IMG/VR virus record: IMGVR_UViG_3300009285_003221
Direction: 5' to 3' (one strand)
Source of the DNA: a virus
DNA: 64,000 nt
Position numbers and translations under genes: made by a program. The notes below the pieces were generated by a model. The model was not told the DNA's origin, did not search any database, and saw nothing but the letters and a program-made list of their open reading frames with translations. Below, piece after piece: positions 18,001 to 26,760 of the stretch (within the stretch, counting starts at the first letter, position 1; each line of letters starts with the position of its first letter).

Positions 18001-19511
18001 TTCTGAGTGAGTTGAGTAAGTCTTGCTCTTTTGGCGTTAAGTAGCTCAGTATCAAGAACAGCATTGGCTTCGGCCTCGGCCCGCTCCTGGATCGCCGGTT
18101 GTTCTGGTGTTAGATTAGCTTTAGATTCAGGGGGAGGGGCGGCGGCATCAATGGGCGGAATTTCTGAGGAAGATTCTGGTATAGCCTCAGTAAATTTAAT
18201 ACTCCCTTTGCGATACCAGTGATTGAATACAGCAATATCCATCTTCTCTGGTGTCGTTTGGCTGCCGTCGCCCTTGATAATATCTAATTTTTTAGTGCCT
18301 GGATCGTAGCCTGTAATTGTATACTCAGTTGAGACAGGCGCTCCTGTTTTTTTATCTATTCGGTTCCAAAGAAATGCCGGGGACTCTTCAAGAATTTTTT
18401 TCGGGACCGGCGGACGCCTGAACGGGTAGCGGACATGCGGCATCGCTTTTAACAGGCCAAAAGAAGCAAACTCTTGGGCCGCATCTTCTGGGCTAACGGG
18501 TTGCCCTGTCAACGCCTTCCCAGCAGTAAAGCCTGCTACCGTTCCGGCAAGATCGGGGACAGTCTGAGCGATATCTGTTGCAAGGGGATGTCTTTCGGTA
18601 AACCCTTTGAGCGTCTGACCTACGCCGGGGATGGCCTCGACTCCGGGCCCCCTGGCTGCCAGCCGACCAGCCAGGCCACCAACACCTCCGCCTAAGAAAC
18701 CGGGAACATAACCTTCCAACCCTGCCGTAGCGGCATGTCCCAGCGCCTCAGGAATTGTTTGCTCTTCCCCGGCGATCTCACGTTGCAACGGGTCGGCCAG
18801 GGCGGCGACCGTGCCGGTCATGGCCCCAAGTTGCAATGCCGGGTCTGCATAGCGGTAAATCTGCTCTCCTAATGGTCTTACGGCTGTAGTACCAACCTTC
18901 TCTGATGCCGAGCGACCAAAAAGAGGAAGCGCGTCCCGCCACCCCTGTCTTGGAATCAGTCTGGCTGCTTCACCGGCAGCAGGCGGCAGCGCCGCTCCTA
19001 AAGCACGTCCTAGTGCCGCCTTACTTAGAGCGGCCAGAGGCTTGGCCGCTGGGATCATAGTAGGATCAGCCATCCCAACCGTTGAGGCAAGGAAGGTGGG
19101 AAGTCCAGGGGCGGTTTCTTCGGCCTGAAGGGGGGCCTGCTGGTAAAGAGCCTGATAACCAAGGGCCGGGAGCCATTGATTTACGCCCGATTTAAGGGCG
19201 TTAAGGAGGCTGGCGGAGGGCGTTGGAATTGTGGCAACCTCCCCTACCTGATGTTGCTCGGGCCTCGTTCCTAACGTCCAATTAACTAGCCCAGCTTTCT
19301 GAGCAAAGCTTGGACTAGAGACATCATTACCCAAGCTTTCAAATTCGGGATTATAATGAAGGTTCTTTGCAAGATTTTGTCGAACCTTGATCTGTTCCTG
19401 GGGAGAAAGTTGAGTAAATTCAGGACTGGTTAAAACATCATTATAGTGTTGTGTGAGTTGATCTAAAGGGGTAGAGGAAGTGAGATTTTTGAGATAATCG
19501 GTAGTTGGCAA
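12021..19511 (-). CDS. giant virion-associated (likely internal/ejected) multidomain protein with zincin-like HExxH motif
   Basis: 2496 aa, TTG start. VSTLVHELAHVYRR...EEKFARGFERYLADGQAPLPTLKKVFEKFKVWLTEIY resembles metallopeptidase-like modules of phage/plasmid polyvalent proteins. Also has K/P/E-rich linkers, Gly/Ala-rich hydrophobic N-terminal patches and hydrophobic C-terminal segments. Confidence 0.6.
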   Translation of the reverse strand: MPTTDYLKNLTSSTPLDQLTQHYNDVLTSPEFTQLSPQEQIKVRQNLAKNLHYNPEFESLGNDVSSPSFAQKAGLVNWTLGTRPEQHQVGEVATIPTPSASLLNALKSGVNQWLPALGYQALYQQAPLQAEETAPGLPTFLASTVGMADPTMIPAAKPLAALSKAALGRALGAALPPAAGEAARLIPRQGWRDALPLFGRSASEKVGTTAVRPLGEQIYRYADPALQLGAMTGTVAALADPLQREIAGEEQTIPEALGHAATAGLEGYVPGFLGGGVGGLAGRLAARGPGVEAIPGVGQTLKGFTERHPLATDIAQTVPDLAGTVAGFTAGKALTGQPVSPEDAAQEFASFGLLKAMPHVRYPFRRPPVPKKILEESPAFLWNRIDKKTGAPVSTEYTITGYDPGTKKLDIIKGDGSQTTPEKMDIAVFNHWYRKGSIKFTEAIPESSSEIPPIDAAAPPPESKANLTPEQPAIQERAEAEANAVLDTELLNAKRARLTQLTQNRTDFLHSLIQTGKGKSSTGGDVFTLDSTRIPETDRLGFGHFAFGEFVDRPLQRAADKLKTAKTLEQVNNEQSTRGLVNKGVRESIPGSGGKKGGNQELLDHLSDQWAGLPEEKKQWFRKLGEQADVEGKPLLPQYRKINLPGEQDKAAESIRLVDQTPPAEKPVVPPEISQQPEPAPFVSPEQRLNSLIKQYHQGLVAFRKNPNRETYSALAEVNRSLGRIKRDEAGLGPKEQKSREIFERSMETSFRRLPKEAQREILTTTSGEQGKDPLHPALAKLQYMTAEDRIKTYLQQTGKKKEELPLTKDGKRVDTNALKNELMDLKRQELLEKYNLIEKEDQKPTEVVPASKKQLPSMPAEKNKKAAAPPTEKKPEIKKEPRPPEENPFVAKFDSPEVDVEKLALKLSANAYKKIVKLVDKPGDLTEAEKAEGGALMVELNQIASGYTKVTSPQAANQKIRSKSLVTTAIRALKLWQDKLNSQKKKPDPAPKPEEKKPPAPKVSKKPEKPTKPPVTKAQERPSEVSSDPYAALSEEALKKKAAQGDPIAKLWLEKLQEVKGQALSQTGKGSERALPEQEFQVSDRSSFREAIKQAFGLKEESKKLPFWKSWLSKLGIKFKPGGELDAVMKIADLAADAWAAVHGKTRDDWYRESLRSFRRGGLPKEEALKQLFHEWSGKPEKLDDAIEVTKMKIDGLTQRNKGLAADLKMHGSVKELLKKYTKFERLTEEEQNRLLDFETSYPLTTEKHNEAHRLWKKLFTDPEMDLQVSEMLAKYKRNETVLEGLDKHLTDLYILKKSGLLYQKEGAVKGQVEFLQDGRAIITAFQSADVSTLVHELAHVYRRQLSGKELKIAEQWAGVKDGVWTVKAEEKFARGFERYLADGQAPLPTLKKVFEKFKVWLTEIYKGLVGSEIDIELNDNIRQVFDSLLIGQVKAQYVRSLRRQANIEKIIGGRSDNYTAQDLNDYGRSLAFRALINAKNKLPNNDPLKVEMTDLANQIKNAETYKGPTILRQESKAKETEDAKLKSYQKYVEDQTAKVKDGEQQIQELSDKLKAIKEKKPASAEDVKTQKKFNKELSELKSQQKRDRDDLQRAIESQEYYTMLTEAHQEIPLNRPEGWLFKNPTNLMVQTVIPYLKQNKFDKSLKLLEGTRKYLGKELIGNEATRVITDRVDNFYDKVIGEARAKIRHDLNLANGDFSTMRVALDAALELKNKLPQTVNELVHKALEDKTPWEALKEEKAIADLSVAKRKIVENTLGVLQRYLKTYGNRIALAPDRLPTRIINGLKRLIYNNMARLPMFLKAVQKLMRESKFNIDKINTLASQIEQYDQLDQIKAGQMLTEIYAGTGKPELNKLVNSLKTQLHPVLVELSRIKHSVFKNAAGEILDPSEVSFKELIGEALVHVKDDPRIQDMITQIDKSFSSFKEEGLKLTVSKSIWGKMRQNWEVVSYDEATDFYTLKNDRGEDMNVRGMDYYNWVRPSGKPWKAKSVGGEMEIQRLLDPSELAELEKYRNQTITIMALARETAVAVQKGKVYGMIKALNTSPRKTESMKMKIPDEPRFGDLRGLWTDWDTYRYLNIFDAGSVKMLLDPANKATDFWKSLHTIHSTGTGMTNIISNTVLMMANGVNPYKLKRAGEIYYKAIKDKTSLAEAAGDPNISHTDAVNWQIAHGHKNKLSGQELENWKKMWDKLVHVAQQGRVLETPMQFWRTLTQVSSDFYQGSDVIFRLAHYLDMKEKLEKANPAWKTNPKIAEEIAFTAAEEARKSYVDYQDQNSTLSYVFKNIKVIPFWGFFAGIVPQMMRLLKERPIPAMLLLGGFSFAQAMTDPDNQEQLDPFFKEASQGRILIGNQKLGGLEMLFPRKLLKIPLLKGKQGEPLYADIGKYSTFGTLLTPNKYTAIPLFPKWLEAYGPYSQVLQLYFNSKYGIGSAKIVDKEKDTTLEQAGKYFNWTWSQWAPPYWVLYSRGDKRDVLTRFQEAINNIFGVTIHTPGENIR

Positions 19512-19518
19512 ATGTCAC

Positions 19519-21522
19519 CTACCTTCTGGCTGCGTTGAGAGTATCTGTAATCGAGAAACCTGACCCGGCTGAGGCGGAGCGAATATTAAGCAGGCCAGAA
19601 AGTTTGTCCATGTCCACATCTTTGACGGTAAAATGCCAGGAGTTGGGACCGTGTTTACTTACTCGGCCCCCCGCCTTTTCAATAATCGTCTCCCAACGTG
19701 CCGCTGCCGCATCATTCCCCGATATATCAAAGGCAGTCCCGCCCTCTGAATTGCTCTTATTTTTATTGACATGGAAACCATAATCAGGATCGGCAGCTAA
19801 TAGCCCTCCGTCCTCGCCTCGTTTATTTCCATGCCGAGCCTTAATGCCCGCCTGCTGTTGGTAGGTTCTGGCCCCGCCTTCATCAGGAACATAAAAGTCC
19901 TTGGTAGATTGCGCCATGAGGTAGAGGATCTGCTGTGTTTTAGGAGTCAGATTTTTGAGGTCTACTTTACCCTGGGTTTTGATGGAGGAGAGATCAATAC
20001 CAGAAGTTTTAGTTTGTTGTTGCCCGGGAGGTTGAACCCCTAGATACTGCTGAGAAAATTGTTGAGGTGACATGACTGCGGAAACTCCTGGCAGCCCGGC
20101 ACCTAATTCCTTCAACCGATTTTCTGTTTCGCGGTTAATATAGATATTTTTTGATCTAGTATAATCAAACGTTTCCGAAAACTGTTTCCCTTCCGGGCTA
20201 TTCCAGAACGTTACTGGATCGGAGTAGTTTTTGCGGTATTCTCCAGGTATGTCGGGGGCACCATTGAGTCTTTGAACGGTCAGAAAATCAATCAGTTTAT
20301 TTTGATCCGTCGGTTTCATCATTTTATAATTAGGATCTGCTTTGTATATTTGTTCGACATTTGTTCTAGCAGTGTTATACGCTTGCTCAGTCTCTTTTTT
20401 AACTTGGCCGGGTGTTTTCCTAATCTCTTTAAGATCCGCCCCACCAGAGGCACCGCCTGTCAACATCTCATAGAGATCTTTTTGGCCTGCGATGCCCGCC
20501 CTTCCGGCGGAGGCGTAGTCAGAGGCCATCCCTGACTGGAGTTTACCGATCTCATAAGGTTGTTTCTGGGCGCTCAATTGAAGGCGCATGTAGGGGACAG
20601 AGGTAGACTGAATTCCTTGTAATGCTTGAAGAATTCTGGGATCATTTGTTCTTTGTGTCAACAGGCCAACTAACGGGGCAACAGCAGATGGGTTCTGATC
20701 CGACATCTTCTGGAGAGTATCGATAACCTTATCAGTTGGAGCGAACTTCAATTCCTGGATCAGTTTCTTGGTATCCATCAATTGCTTCCGGATCTCTTGA
20801 GTTGATTTGATATGCTCCCAAATTTTGGATCTATCAGTTGAAAAGAGCCCGGTCTCGGCCTGGCGAAGCTGCTGGTTAAGGGCGATGAGGTTTTGATCGG
20901 TCTGGGCTAGTTGGAGATCAGTTTGATACTCCGGGTCGGCCTCATCTTGTTGAGCTTTGGTAGCCGCCATCTGCTTCCATGTGGTGTCTAACTGATCGAC
21001 TAATTTTTTATTTTTTCCCTGCTCAATGTCATACCACTTTAACTGAGCATTTGGCTTCATGCCGGGTAAGGTTGACAAAGCCTCTTGTCGAGCACCCTTT
21101 AACTTATCTTGATCACTTTGTATTTCATTAATTCTGGTACTGGCCAAATCCGGCGCGACACTTGTGGGTTCAAGAACTGCTTGGGGAGACAGGGAGGCTC
21201 TTAGGGCGGGGAGATAATCGGGTTCTTGAACTGTATTGACCCCTAGCATATTGAGAAACGGAGCTTCTTGTTTCATGATGTTAGCAGCAGGAGCGTCAAT
21301 AGCAGATTTTAAGTACTGATTAATCAGGCTATCGCTGAGCCCGGCTTTTTTCATCTCCAGAGCTTTGTTAAAGGCGCGGTCATAATAGCTCTTGGATGCT
21401 TTGGCCTCGTCTGTTACGAAAGTATCTAAAAACTTACCGGCCAGTCCAGCCAAACCCCCGGCCATGGTTGCGGCACCGAGATTTCCGTAAGCAGAGTTTA
21501 GTTGAGGAAATTGTACAGGCAT
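19519..21522 (-). CDS. internal virion/tail protein with C-terminal M15 (VanY/LAS-type) peptidoglycan peptidase-like domain
   Basis: 667 aa. C-terminal GGARTYQQQ...DPDYGFH...GGTAFDISG...NSWHF matches the SxxR(S/T)xxxQ / H...D / WH pattern of LAS metallopeptidases, with an insertion. Confidence 0.5.
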   Translation of the reverse strand: MPVQFPQLNSAYGNLGAATMAGGLAGLAGKFLDTFVTDEAKASKSYYDRAFNKALEMKKAGLSDSLINQYLKSAIDAPAANIMKQEAPFLNMLGVNTVQEPDYLPALRASLSPQAVLEPTSVAPDLASTRINEIQSDQDKLKGARQEALSTLPGMKPNAQLKWYDIEQGKNKKLVDQLDTTWKQMAATKAQQDEADPEYQTDLQLAQTDQNLIALNQQLRQAETGLFSTDRSKIWEHIKSTQEIRKQLMDTKKLIQELKFAPTDKVIDTLQKMSDQNPSAVAPLVGLLTQRTNDPRILQALQGIQSTSVPYMRLQLSAQKQPYEIGKLQSGMASDYASAGRAGIAGQKDLYEMLTGGASGGADLKEIRKTPGQVKKETEQAYNTARTNVEQIYKADPNYKMMKPTDQNKLIDFLTVQRLNGAPDIPGEYRKNYSDPVTFWNSPEGKQFSETFDYTRSKNIYINRETENRLKELGAGLPGVSAVMSPQQFSQQYLGVQPPGQQQTKTSGIDLSSIKTQGKVDLKNLTPKTQQILYLMAQSTKDFYVPDEGGARTYQQQAGIKARHGNKRGEDGGLLAADPDYGFHVNKNKSNSEGGTAFDISGNDAAAARWETIIEKAGGRVSKHGPNSWHFTVKDVDMDKLSGLLNIRSASAGSGFSITDTLNAARR

Positions 21523-21531
21523 GACTTGATC

Positions 21532-24324
21532 CTACGCTAGGGCAACCGCAGCAGTAGGCACATCCATCATAGTACCTGCTCCGGCCCCGCCGCTAGTACC
21601 TAATCCCGGTAATCCTTTAGGAATTAGTTCCTTTACGGCGTTCATCATTTTCTCTCCCAGCCCAGTGACGAGAGCTACCCAAGCAATTTGTGCTTGTTGG
21701 TTGAGGTTTTCGTAATAAGCTTTCTCCTGCCACGCATCTCTTGACTTATCTAGCTTAAATCTATCTTCTGCCAGTTTTAATTTTGCCCTAGTCTCTTCAA
21801 TCAATGCTTGGGATTGATTAATTCCTTGCTTAATTTGCCCAATTTGAGCATCGTTCATCGCTCCGGACTGTTTCAAAGTTTCAAAGACTTTGAACCGCTC
21901 TAGATCTTGTACTGACATCTGCTGGAGTCTATTCCAGGAAGCATCATCTCGATTCATAATGGCAGAAGCAAAAGTGCTAACCATGTCTGACTTCATCTTA
22001 GCGTCATTGACATCCGCTGCGTAGCCCTTATCCAAGAATTCTTTTGCCAGGGACATGCGAGCGTTGGCGCGATCCCCAGCCTCCCGCATTCCCAGTTGAT
22101 TGATCTGAGCATTAGTCAAACCGGAGCCTCTGTAACCCTGGGCCCTGGATTGATCCTTAAGGCGAGAGTATTCAGAGGTAATTCCCGAGAGTTGATTATC
22201 CATAAATTGTTGGTAGAGCGAATTGGGGCCGGTATCTTTATAAGGATTTTGAACGCCAAAATACTTATTGTATTTATCGACTAATGATCCTACATCGTCA
22301 AAAGGATTAACCGATTTGATGCCTAGCCCGTAATCCTCTGGTCTGCGCTCTGGAGGTAGAGAGCCTATGGCGGCGGGGGCTATAGGAGAGGGCTGAGTCT
22401 CTGGAGAGGGCTGAGTCTCTGGAGAGGGCTGAGTCTCTGGAGGAGGCGGAGCTGCTGGAGGAGGCGGAGCTGCTGGAGGAGGCGGAGCTGCTGCCGGGAT
22501 TACACCAGAAGAGGTTTCTATATCCGTCTCTTCTCCTGGCCTGGTTCCAACGCCCCCAGCAGGGGCAGGAGTTAGTTCAGGAATAGGAATCGTAATTCTA
22601 TTCCCATCTTTATCTACTGAGTACCCCTGAGCGTAAGCATAGAGATCTTTAAAATCTTGTTCTCTACCCGGTACAACAACTCCATTTTTGGTAATGTCTT
22701 GGGCCTCGGCGTATTGTTTAATGTAGTCACTGCTGTTTCCACTGTCAATCATTGCCCGAGGATCGAAGCCGGGGAATTTCCCGCTCGCCGTAGGTGCGGT
22801 CCCAGGAGCAGGAGGCGTAGATGGTTGGGTAGCCGGGGGTGTATAGGTGCCTCCCTGAGAAATAGCAGGTTGAGCGCCAGGCAGAGGCATAGGAACTTCC
22901 CCGCCAATTTGTGCTGTTCCGGCACCGGACATCCCTGTAGCAACCTGATTCCAGGCGTCGGTACTTTGGGCCTCGTTTAGTCCTAGTCCATCTGCCCAAG
23001 TTTTGAAAGCTGTATACCTCTGATGAATATTCGTGTTGGGATCGGTCAGGTAGTTCCAGACCCCCTCTGATTGAGCAAAGATACCAGGAGGCTGAACCGT
23101 CGCAGTGCTGGAAGCTTGTCCTGCCATTGTATGAAAAGGCTTCGGCTCGGATGTGGAAGCTGTTGATCCGGTTCCTCTACCACGGGTCGTATCTCCGGTT
23201 GGATCTGCTTCGCCGTACTGAACTGGTTCTCCAGTTCCAGTAAAGACATTAGTGGCCCCTGTAGAAAGAGTCTGTCCCCGTGCCGCCGCTAATTGAGCGT
23301 CTGAAATAACACTTGTATCACCGGGCGTCAGCCCTTGATTTTGACTAGCTGAGGCTCCAATCATGTGCCTCTGATCTATTTTAGGAATATAGACATATTG
23401 AAGCGCGTTATAGGCGTTATAATATTGTTTAGCTACGGGGTCGGTATTATAGGCAGCCTTCGCTGCGTCTATGTTCCTATATTTTTCTGACCCCGGTATT
23501 TTACTTTTGATGTACGAGTCTATATCTCGTTGACCACCAAAGTCAATTTCTCCCCTTGGGGCCGGTTTTACATCACTAAAATCAAACCACATCCCGTTTT
23601 GTTCTATAGCATTGGGATTACTGGGCTTTGCAGAGCTGAAAAAGGGCTGTGGAGGAGCTTGAACAGCTTGAGAGGGCTGAGAAGGGGCCTGCGGTTGTGG
23701 AGAGGACGGAACACCCGCCGCTTGATCTTGAGGCATGTGATTAGCGATTGTAGCGGGTTGATTTACCGCTTGTTGGGGGAATTGTAGATTTCCAACTGTG
23801 TTGGCGTTAGGATCGATCTGTTGTGGAACAAAAGCCCCTTGAGCATCTCTATACTTCTGTTTCTGATCCCACTTGGCCTTCTCTTCTGGACTCATCTGAG
23901 AAGGATCGGGTGGGACGTATTGTTGATAGCCTTCAGGAACCCAAGGAGGTTTACCACCAAAATTCCAGGGTTGTCCGTTTTGCGTCATACTACCTGGAAG
24001 AGTGGGGATTCCCGGTTTGGTGGGTTGCGGGAGGACAGGTTGAATCTTGGTATCAGGAACCCCAATTTGAGGGAATTTCCCACCGGGAAATAGAGGCTTA
24101 GGTTTATCTTCTAAGAAAGGAGGTTTACCGGGTGAAGGATACCCACCCCGTCCCATGGGATTTCCTTGATGACCCCCCTGCATAAAAGCTAACTGCTTAG
24201 GATCTAAAGAAGGAGGTTTGTTTTGAGAATTCATTCCGCCAATGGCGGGATACCCCTTGGGCTGGTTCAGTCCGGGGGTCATCTTCAAAGTTTTTAGTTT
24301 ATTCGAGAGAGAATTGAACGGCAC
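21532..24324 (-). CDS. Pro/Gln/Gly-rich low-complexity virion protein with C-terminal coiled coil
   Basis: 930 aa, GTG start after GGAGG. Contains PPPPAAx3 and PETQPSx3 repeats. The C-terminal ~250 aa are helical. Confidence 0.55.
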   Translation of the reverse strand: MPFNSLSNKLKTLKMTPGLNQPKGYPAIGGMNSQNKPPSLDPKQLAFMQGGHQGNPMGRGGYPSPGKPPFLEDKPKPLFPGGKFPQIGVPDTKIQPVLPQPTKPGIPTLPGSMTQNGQPWNFGGKPPWVPEGYQQYVPPDPSQMSPEEKAKWDQKQKYRDAQGAFVPQQIDPNANTVGNLQFPQQAVNQPATIANHMPQDQAAGVPSSPQPQAPSQPSQAVQAPPQPFFSSAKPSNPNAIEQNGMWFDFSDVKPAPRGEIDFGGQRDIDSYIKSKIPGSEKYRNIDAAKAAYNTDPVAKQYYNAYNALQYVYIPKIDQRHMIGASASQNQGLTPGDTSVISDAQLAAARGQTLSTGATNVFTGTGEPVQYGEADPTGDTTRGRGTGSTASTSEPKPFHTMAGQASSTATVQPPGIFAQSEGVWNYLTDPNTNIHQRYTAFKTWADGLGLNEAQSTDAWNQVATGMSGAGTAQIGGEVPMPLPGAQPAISQGGTYTPPATQPSTPPAPGTAPTASGKFPGFDPRAMIDSGNSSDYIKQYAEAQDITKNGVVVPGREQDFKDLYAYAQGYSVDKDGNRITIPIPELTPAPAGGVGTRPGEETDIETSSGVIPAAAPPPPAAPPPPAAPPPPETQPSPETQPSPETQPSPIAPAAIGSLPPERRPEDYGLGIKSVNPFDDVGSLVDKYNKYFGVQNPYKDTGPNSLYQQFMDNQLSGITSEYSRLKDQSRAQGYRGSGLTNAQINQLGMREAGDRANARMSLAKEFLDKGYAADVNDAKMKSDMVSTFASAIMNRDDASWNRLQQMSVQDLERFKVFETLKQSGAMNDAQIGQIKQGINQSQALIEETRAKLKLAEDRFKLDKSRDAWQEKAYYENLNQQAQIAWVALVTGLGEKMMNAVKELIPKGLPGLGTSGGAGAGTMMDVPTAAVALA
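22385..22492 (-). repeat. two adjacent perfect 18-bp x3 tandem repeats inside the 930-aa gene
   Basis: ggagagggctgagtctct x3 (22385-22438), then ggaggaggcggagctgct x3 (22439-22492). They encode PETQPS x3 and PPPPAA x3. Confidence 0.9.
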
Positions 24325-24372
24325 GTCTGGATATGGCCTCCATCCTTATTTTAAACTGTTTAGAATACAAGA

Positions 24373-26760
24373 TTAGCGCGGCGTCGTCAGAGTGTGGTTC
24401 AGATCGAAGTAATCAACCGATACTGTCTTATCGCTCGCCCCGTTTGAACTAACAATGTGAATCTCGGGGCCGCAGACTCTACCTGCCCCGGTTGGTAAAT
24501 TTGTTGTAACTGTTCCAATCGATGAGCCGTTAACAAAAAATTCTGCCGATGTGGCGGCGGCATTAATAACAATCTTTAATTTAGTCCAGGCTCCAGCCAC
24601 TACTGCGGTAGAACTATTTGTTTTAGTTCTCACACTATTATTCGCAGAACAAGTTCTCCAGTTTACCGAACTGTTACGATCGTATTCAAAATAAACACCA
24701 TCCACAGCATCTGCTATGGCCGATCCTGTAGATAATGCATCTAACAAACCAAACCTGAGATCATACTCGTCCAAGAGTATACTAAGGTATGTAATATAAA
24801 TTAAAGTCTCGAAAGAGATTTGTCCTCCGCCAATTAAAAAGGAGCCGCCATTTCCAAAGATTCCTGCCCCATATGCCCCCGCCGAAGTCCCTGTCCCGAT
24901 TGTGATAACACCTGGATGGTCAGCATCAACTCTTGTGCCGGGGTATGATTTGACGGTTCCCGTTCCCTGCACCTGTGCAAAAAATGAGCCTGTAGAGCCT
25001 TGATTGGTATTAGTAGCGACATCGTTTTTTAAAAATCCAATAAAGTCATCAAACACTTGAAACCCGGAATTGGAGTTAGTTGCTACAGATGAGGAGATTG
25101 TAATAGTAGGACTGGTATCCACAACAGAAATTCCGGTTCCGGCAACGATGGAAACCGTGGGAGACATTCCATTTACTGACCTGACTCCTGTGTTTGTCAC
25201 CGTAATAGTCGGGCTCGCCGTAGCTACGGATATCCCAGCTCCGGCGCTAACTTTAACATCTCCCGTCAAAGAATTTAGAGAAGTTACGCCCGACGCACCA
25301 AAAACAGTGACAAAATCAGTCGCTGCGTAACGGACTTCTTCTCCTCTGTCAATTCCGTATAAGTAGAATAATACATAACGAGAAAGAGTGGAATTATAAA
25401 AAATATGCGGGTCTGCCACAGTTACTGGAATACTGATCAACCCAAGGGCGACAGGCGAACCAAATACAACATTCGTAACCGCTGTTGCTCGAACTGCTTT
25501 GATGTCCTCATAAGTTCCGTCATTTTCAACCCAAGTAATGGCAAAACGGGTATTAGTCGCGTCAAAACTATTTTGGGGAAAGGTAATAACGGAGGCTGTT
25601 GAGGTAAGATCAACGGTATTGGTAAGGGTTATCCCGTCTGCCGCAAGGGTTTTAGCGGTCACATAATATGTGGCGGCGGCTAGACGGCTATAAATAATTT
25701 GATAATTTCCGTCGAAAGAGTTAAAGGCTATATGAAACTTACCAAGGGTGCCGGTAGCAACAGATGTATTTCCAGCAACTGACGCTAGTGTGGCCCCGGC
25801 CCTGGAAACTGTGAAGACAGTATAAGTATTGACGCCGATTGAGACTGAAAAGACATAACAATAACGGTTATCCGTATTGTTATGAACCGCTTTAAGACTA
25901 GCTGAGTTAGTGGTATCGCCTGTTACAAGGGTACTAATTGCAGTTTTGTCTACAACGACTTCTCCAGCGTTATTATAAAGAGCTGCATAGGCAGTAACAT
26001 CTGCACCGGATTGAACTATCCAACTTACCATAAACTGATTAGCGGTAGCGTTGTGGACTACATAAGGAGACTTGATCCCACTTCCGATGTCAATAATGAT
26101 TTCGCTAGTTGTGGCATCCCGTAAGAAAGCATCAACAATACGTGCCTTTAAATAAGTATTGTTGCTATCCGTAACAACATAAGCAACCATATAGCCGCCA
26201 GTTGTGTAAGAAGTTTTGGAAATGCCTATTGCGCTCCCTCCCGTCGAGGCAGTATGAATTGCCTCAACATTTCCAGTGGCGGTAACAGAAAAGATCCTGT
26301 TGGTCATTAGAGTGCCGGAGGGACTGTACTGCTTAAGGGCCGCATCCATAAAATCAAGACCAAAGGCAGTACCAAGATCCATCATCGTCGATAAATAGCG
26401 GGCTGTTCCACCGTTGTAAATAACAGAAAGATTTGTCAAAGCCATTGAAGTAGGAATAGCGTCTTTCCCCACTACTTCATACCCACCCCAGGGTATATAA
26501 TGGAGGCCGGTATAGGCTACTGGGACTTTCCCTGTATTGTTTACTGGATCAAAGTCCTCGTCCGGCCAAAGTATGGAACCCTGTGTTAAATCACTCGGGG
26601 GAGCAGAAACGCTAGTCATTTTGATCGTTCTATTAACTACGAGATTTGTAAAGGTCGCTAACGAGGCCCGAATCTTGGGAACCAGCTCTTTCTTCTGCTC
26701 CGTCAAGGCATCAATCAGATTCTTGACCGGAACTATGAATCTGTCATAACCTGTCTTCAC
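24373..26760 (-). CDS. tail fibre protein with C-terminal lectin/jelly-roll-like domain
   Basis: 795 aa. LNSLTGDVKVSAGAGISVATASPTITVTNTGVRSVNG...IVAGTGISVVDTSPTITI is a fibre-type repeat. The C-terminal ~200 aa look beta-sandwich-like. GTGA overlap with the upstream gene. Confidence 0.65.
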   Translation of the reverse strand: MKTGYDRFIVPVKNLIDALTEQKKELVPKIRASLATFTNLVVNRTIKMTSVSAPPSDLTQGSILWPDEDFDPVNNTGKVPVAYTGLHYIPWGGYEVVGKDAIPTSMALTNLSVIYNGGTARYLSTMMDLGTAFGLDFMDAALKQYSPSGTLMTNRIFSVTATGNVEAIHTASTGGSAIGISKTSYTTGGYMVAYVVTDSNNTYLKARIVDAFLRDATTSEIIIDIGSGIKSPYVVHNATANQFMVSWIVQSGADVTAYAALYNNAGEVVVDKTAISTLVTGDTTNSASLKAVHNNTDNRYCYVFSVSIGVNTYTVFTVSRAGATLASVAGNTSVATGTLGKFHIAFNSFDGNYQIIYSRLAAATYYVTAKTLAADGITLTNTVDLTSTASVITFPQNSFDATNTRFAITWVENDGTYEDIKAVRATAVTNVVFGSPVALGLISIPVTVADPHIFYNSTLSRYVLFYLYGIDRGEEVRYAATDFVTVFGASGVTSLNSLTGDVKVSAGAGISVATASPTITVTNTGVRSVNGMSPTVSIVAGTGISVVDTSPTITISSSVATNSNSGFQVFDDFIGFLKNDVATNTNQGSTGSFFAQVQGTGTVKSYPGTRVDADHPGVITIGTGTSAGAYGAGIFGNGGSFLIGGGQISFETLIYITYLSILLDEYDLRFGLLDALSTGSAIADAVDGVYFEYDRNSSVNWRTCSANNSVRTKTNSSTAVVAGAWTKLKIVINAAATSAEFFVNGSSIGTVTTNLPTGAGRVCGPEIHIVSSNGASDKTVSVDYFDLNHTLTTPR

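Noticed and set aside
12510-18695. Numerous 60-150-aa plus-strand ORFs inside the giant gene
   Set aside because: All are embedded antisense in a continuous 7.5-kb ORF and none has a recognisable motif.
12021-19511. N4-type virion RNA polymerase or crAss-type two-barrel RNAP in the giant ORF
   Set aside because: I could not find R-x3-K-x7-YG, an HD(S/A)-type motif C or DxDGD loops by eye. This remains untested by profile search.
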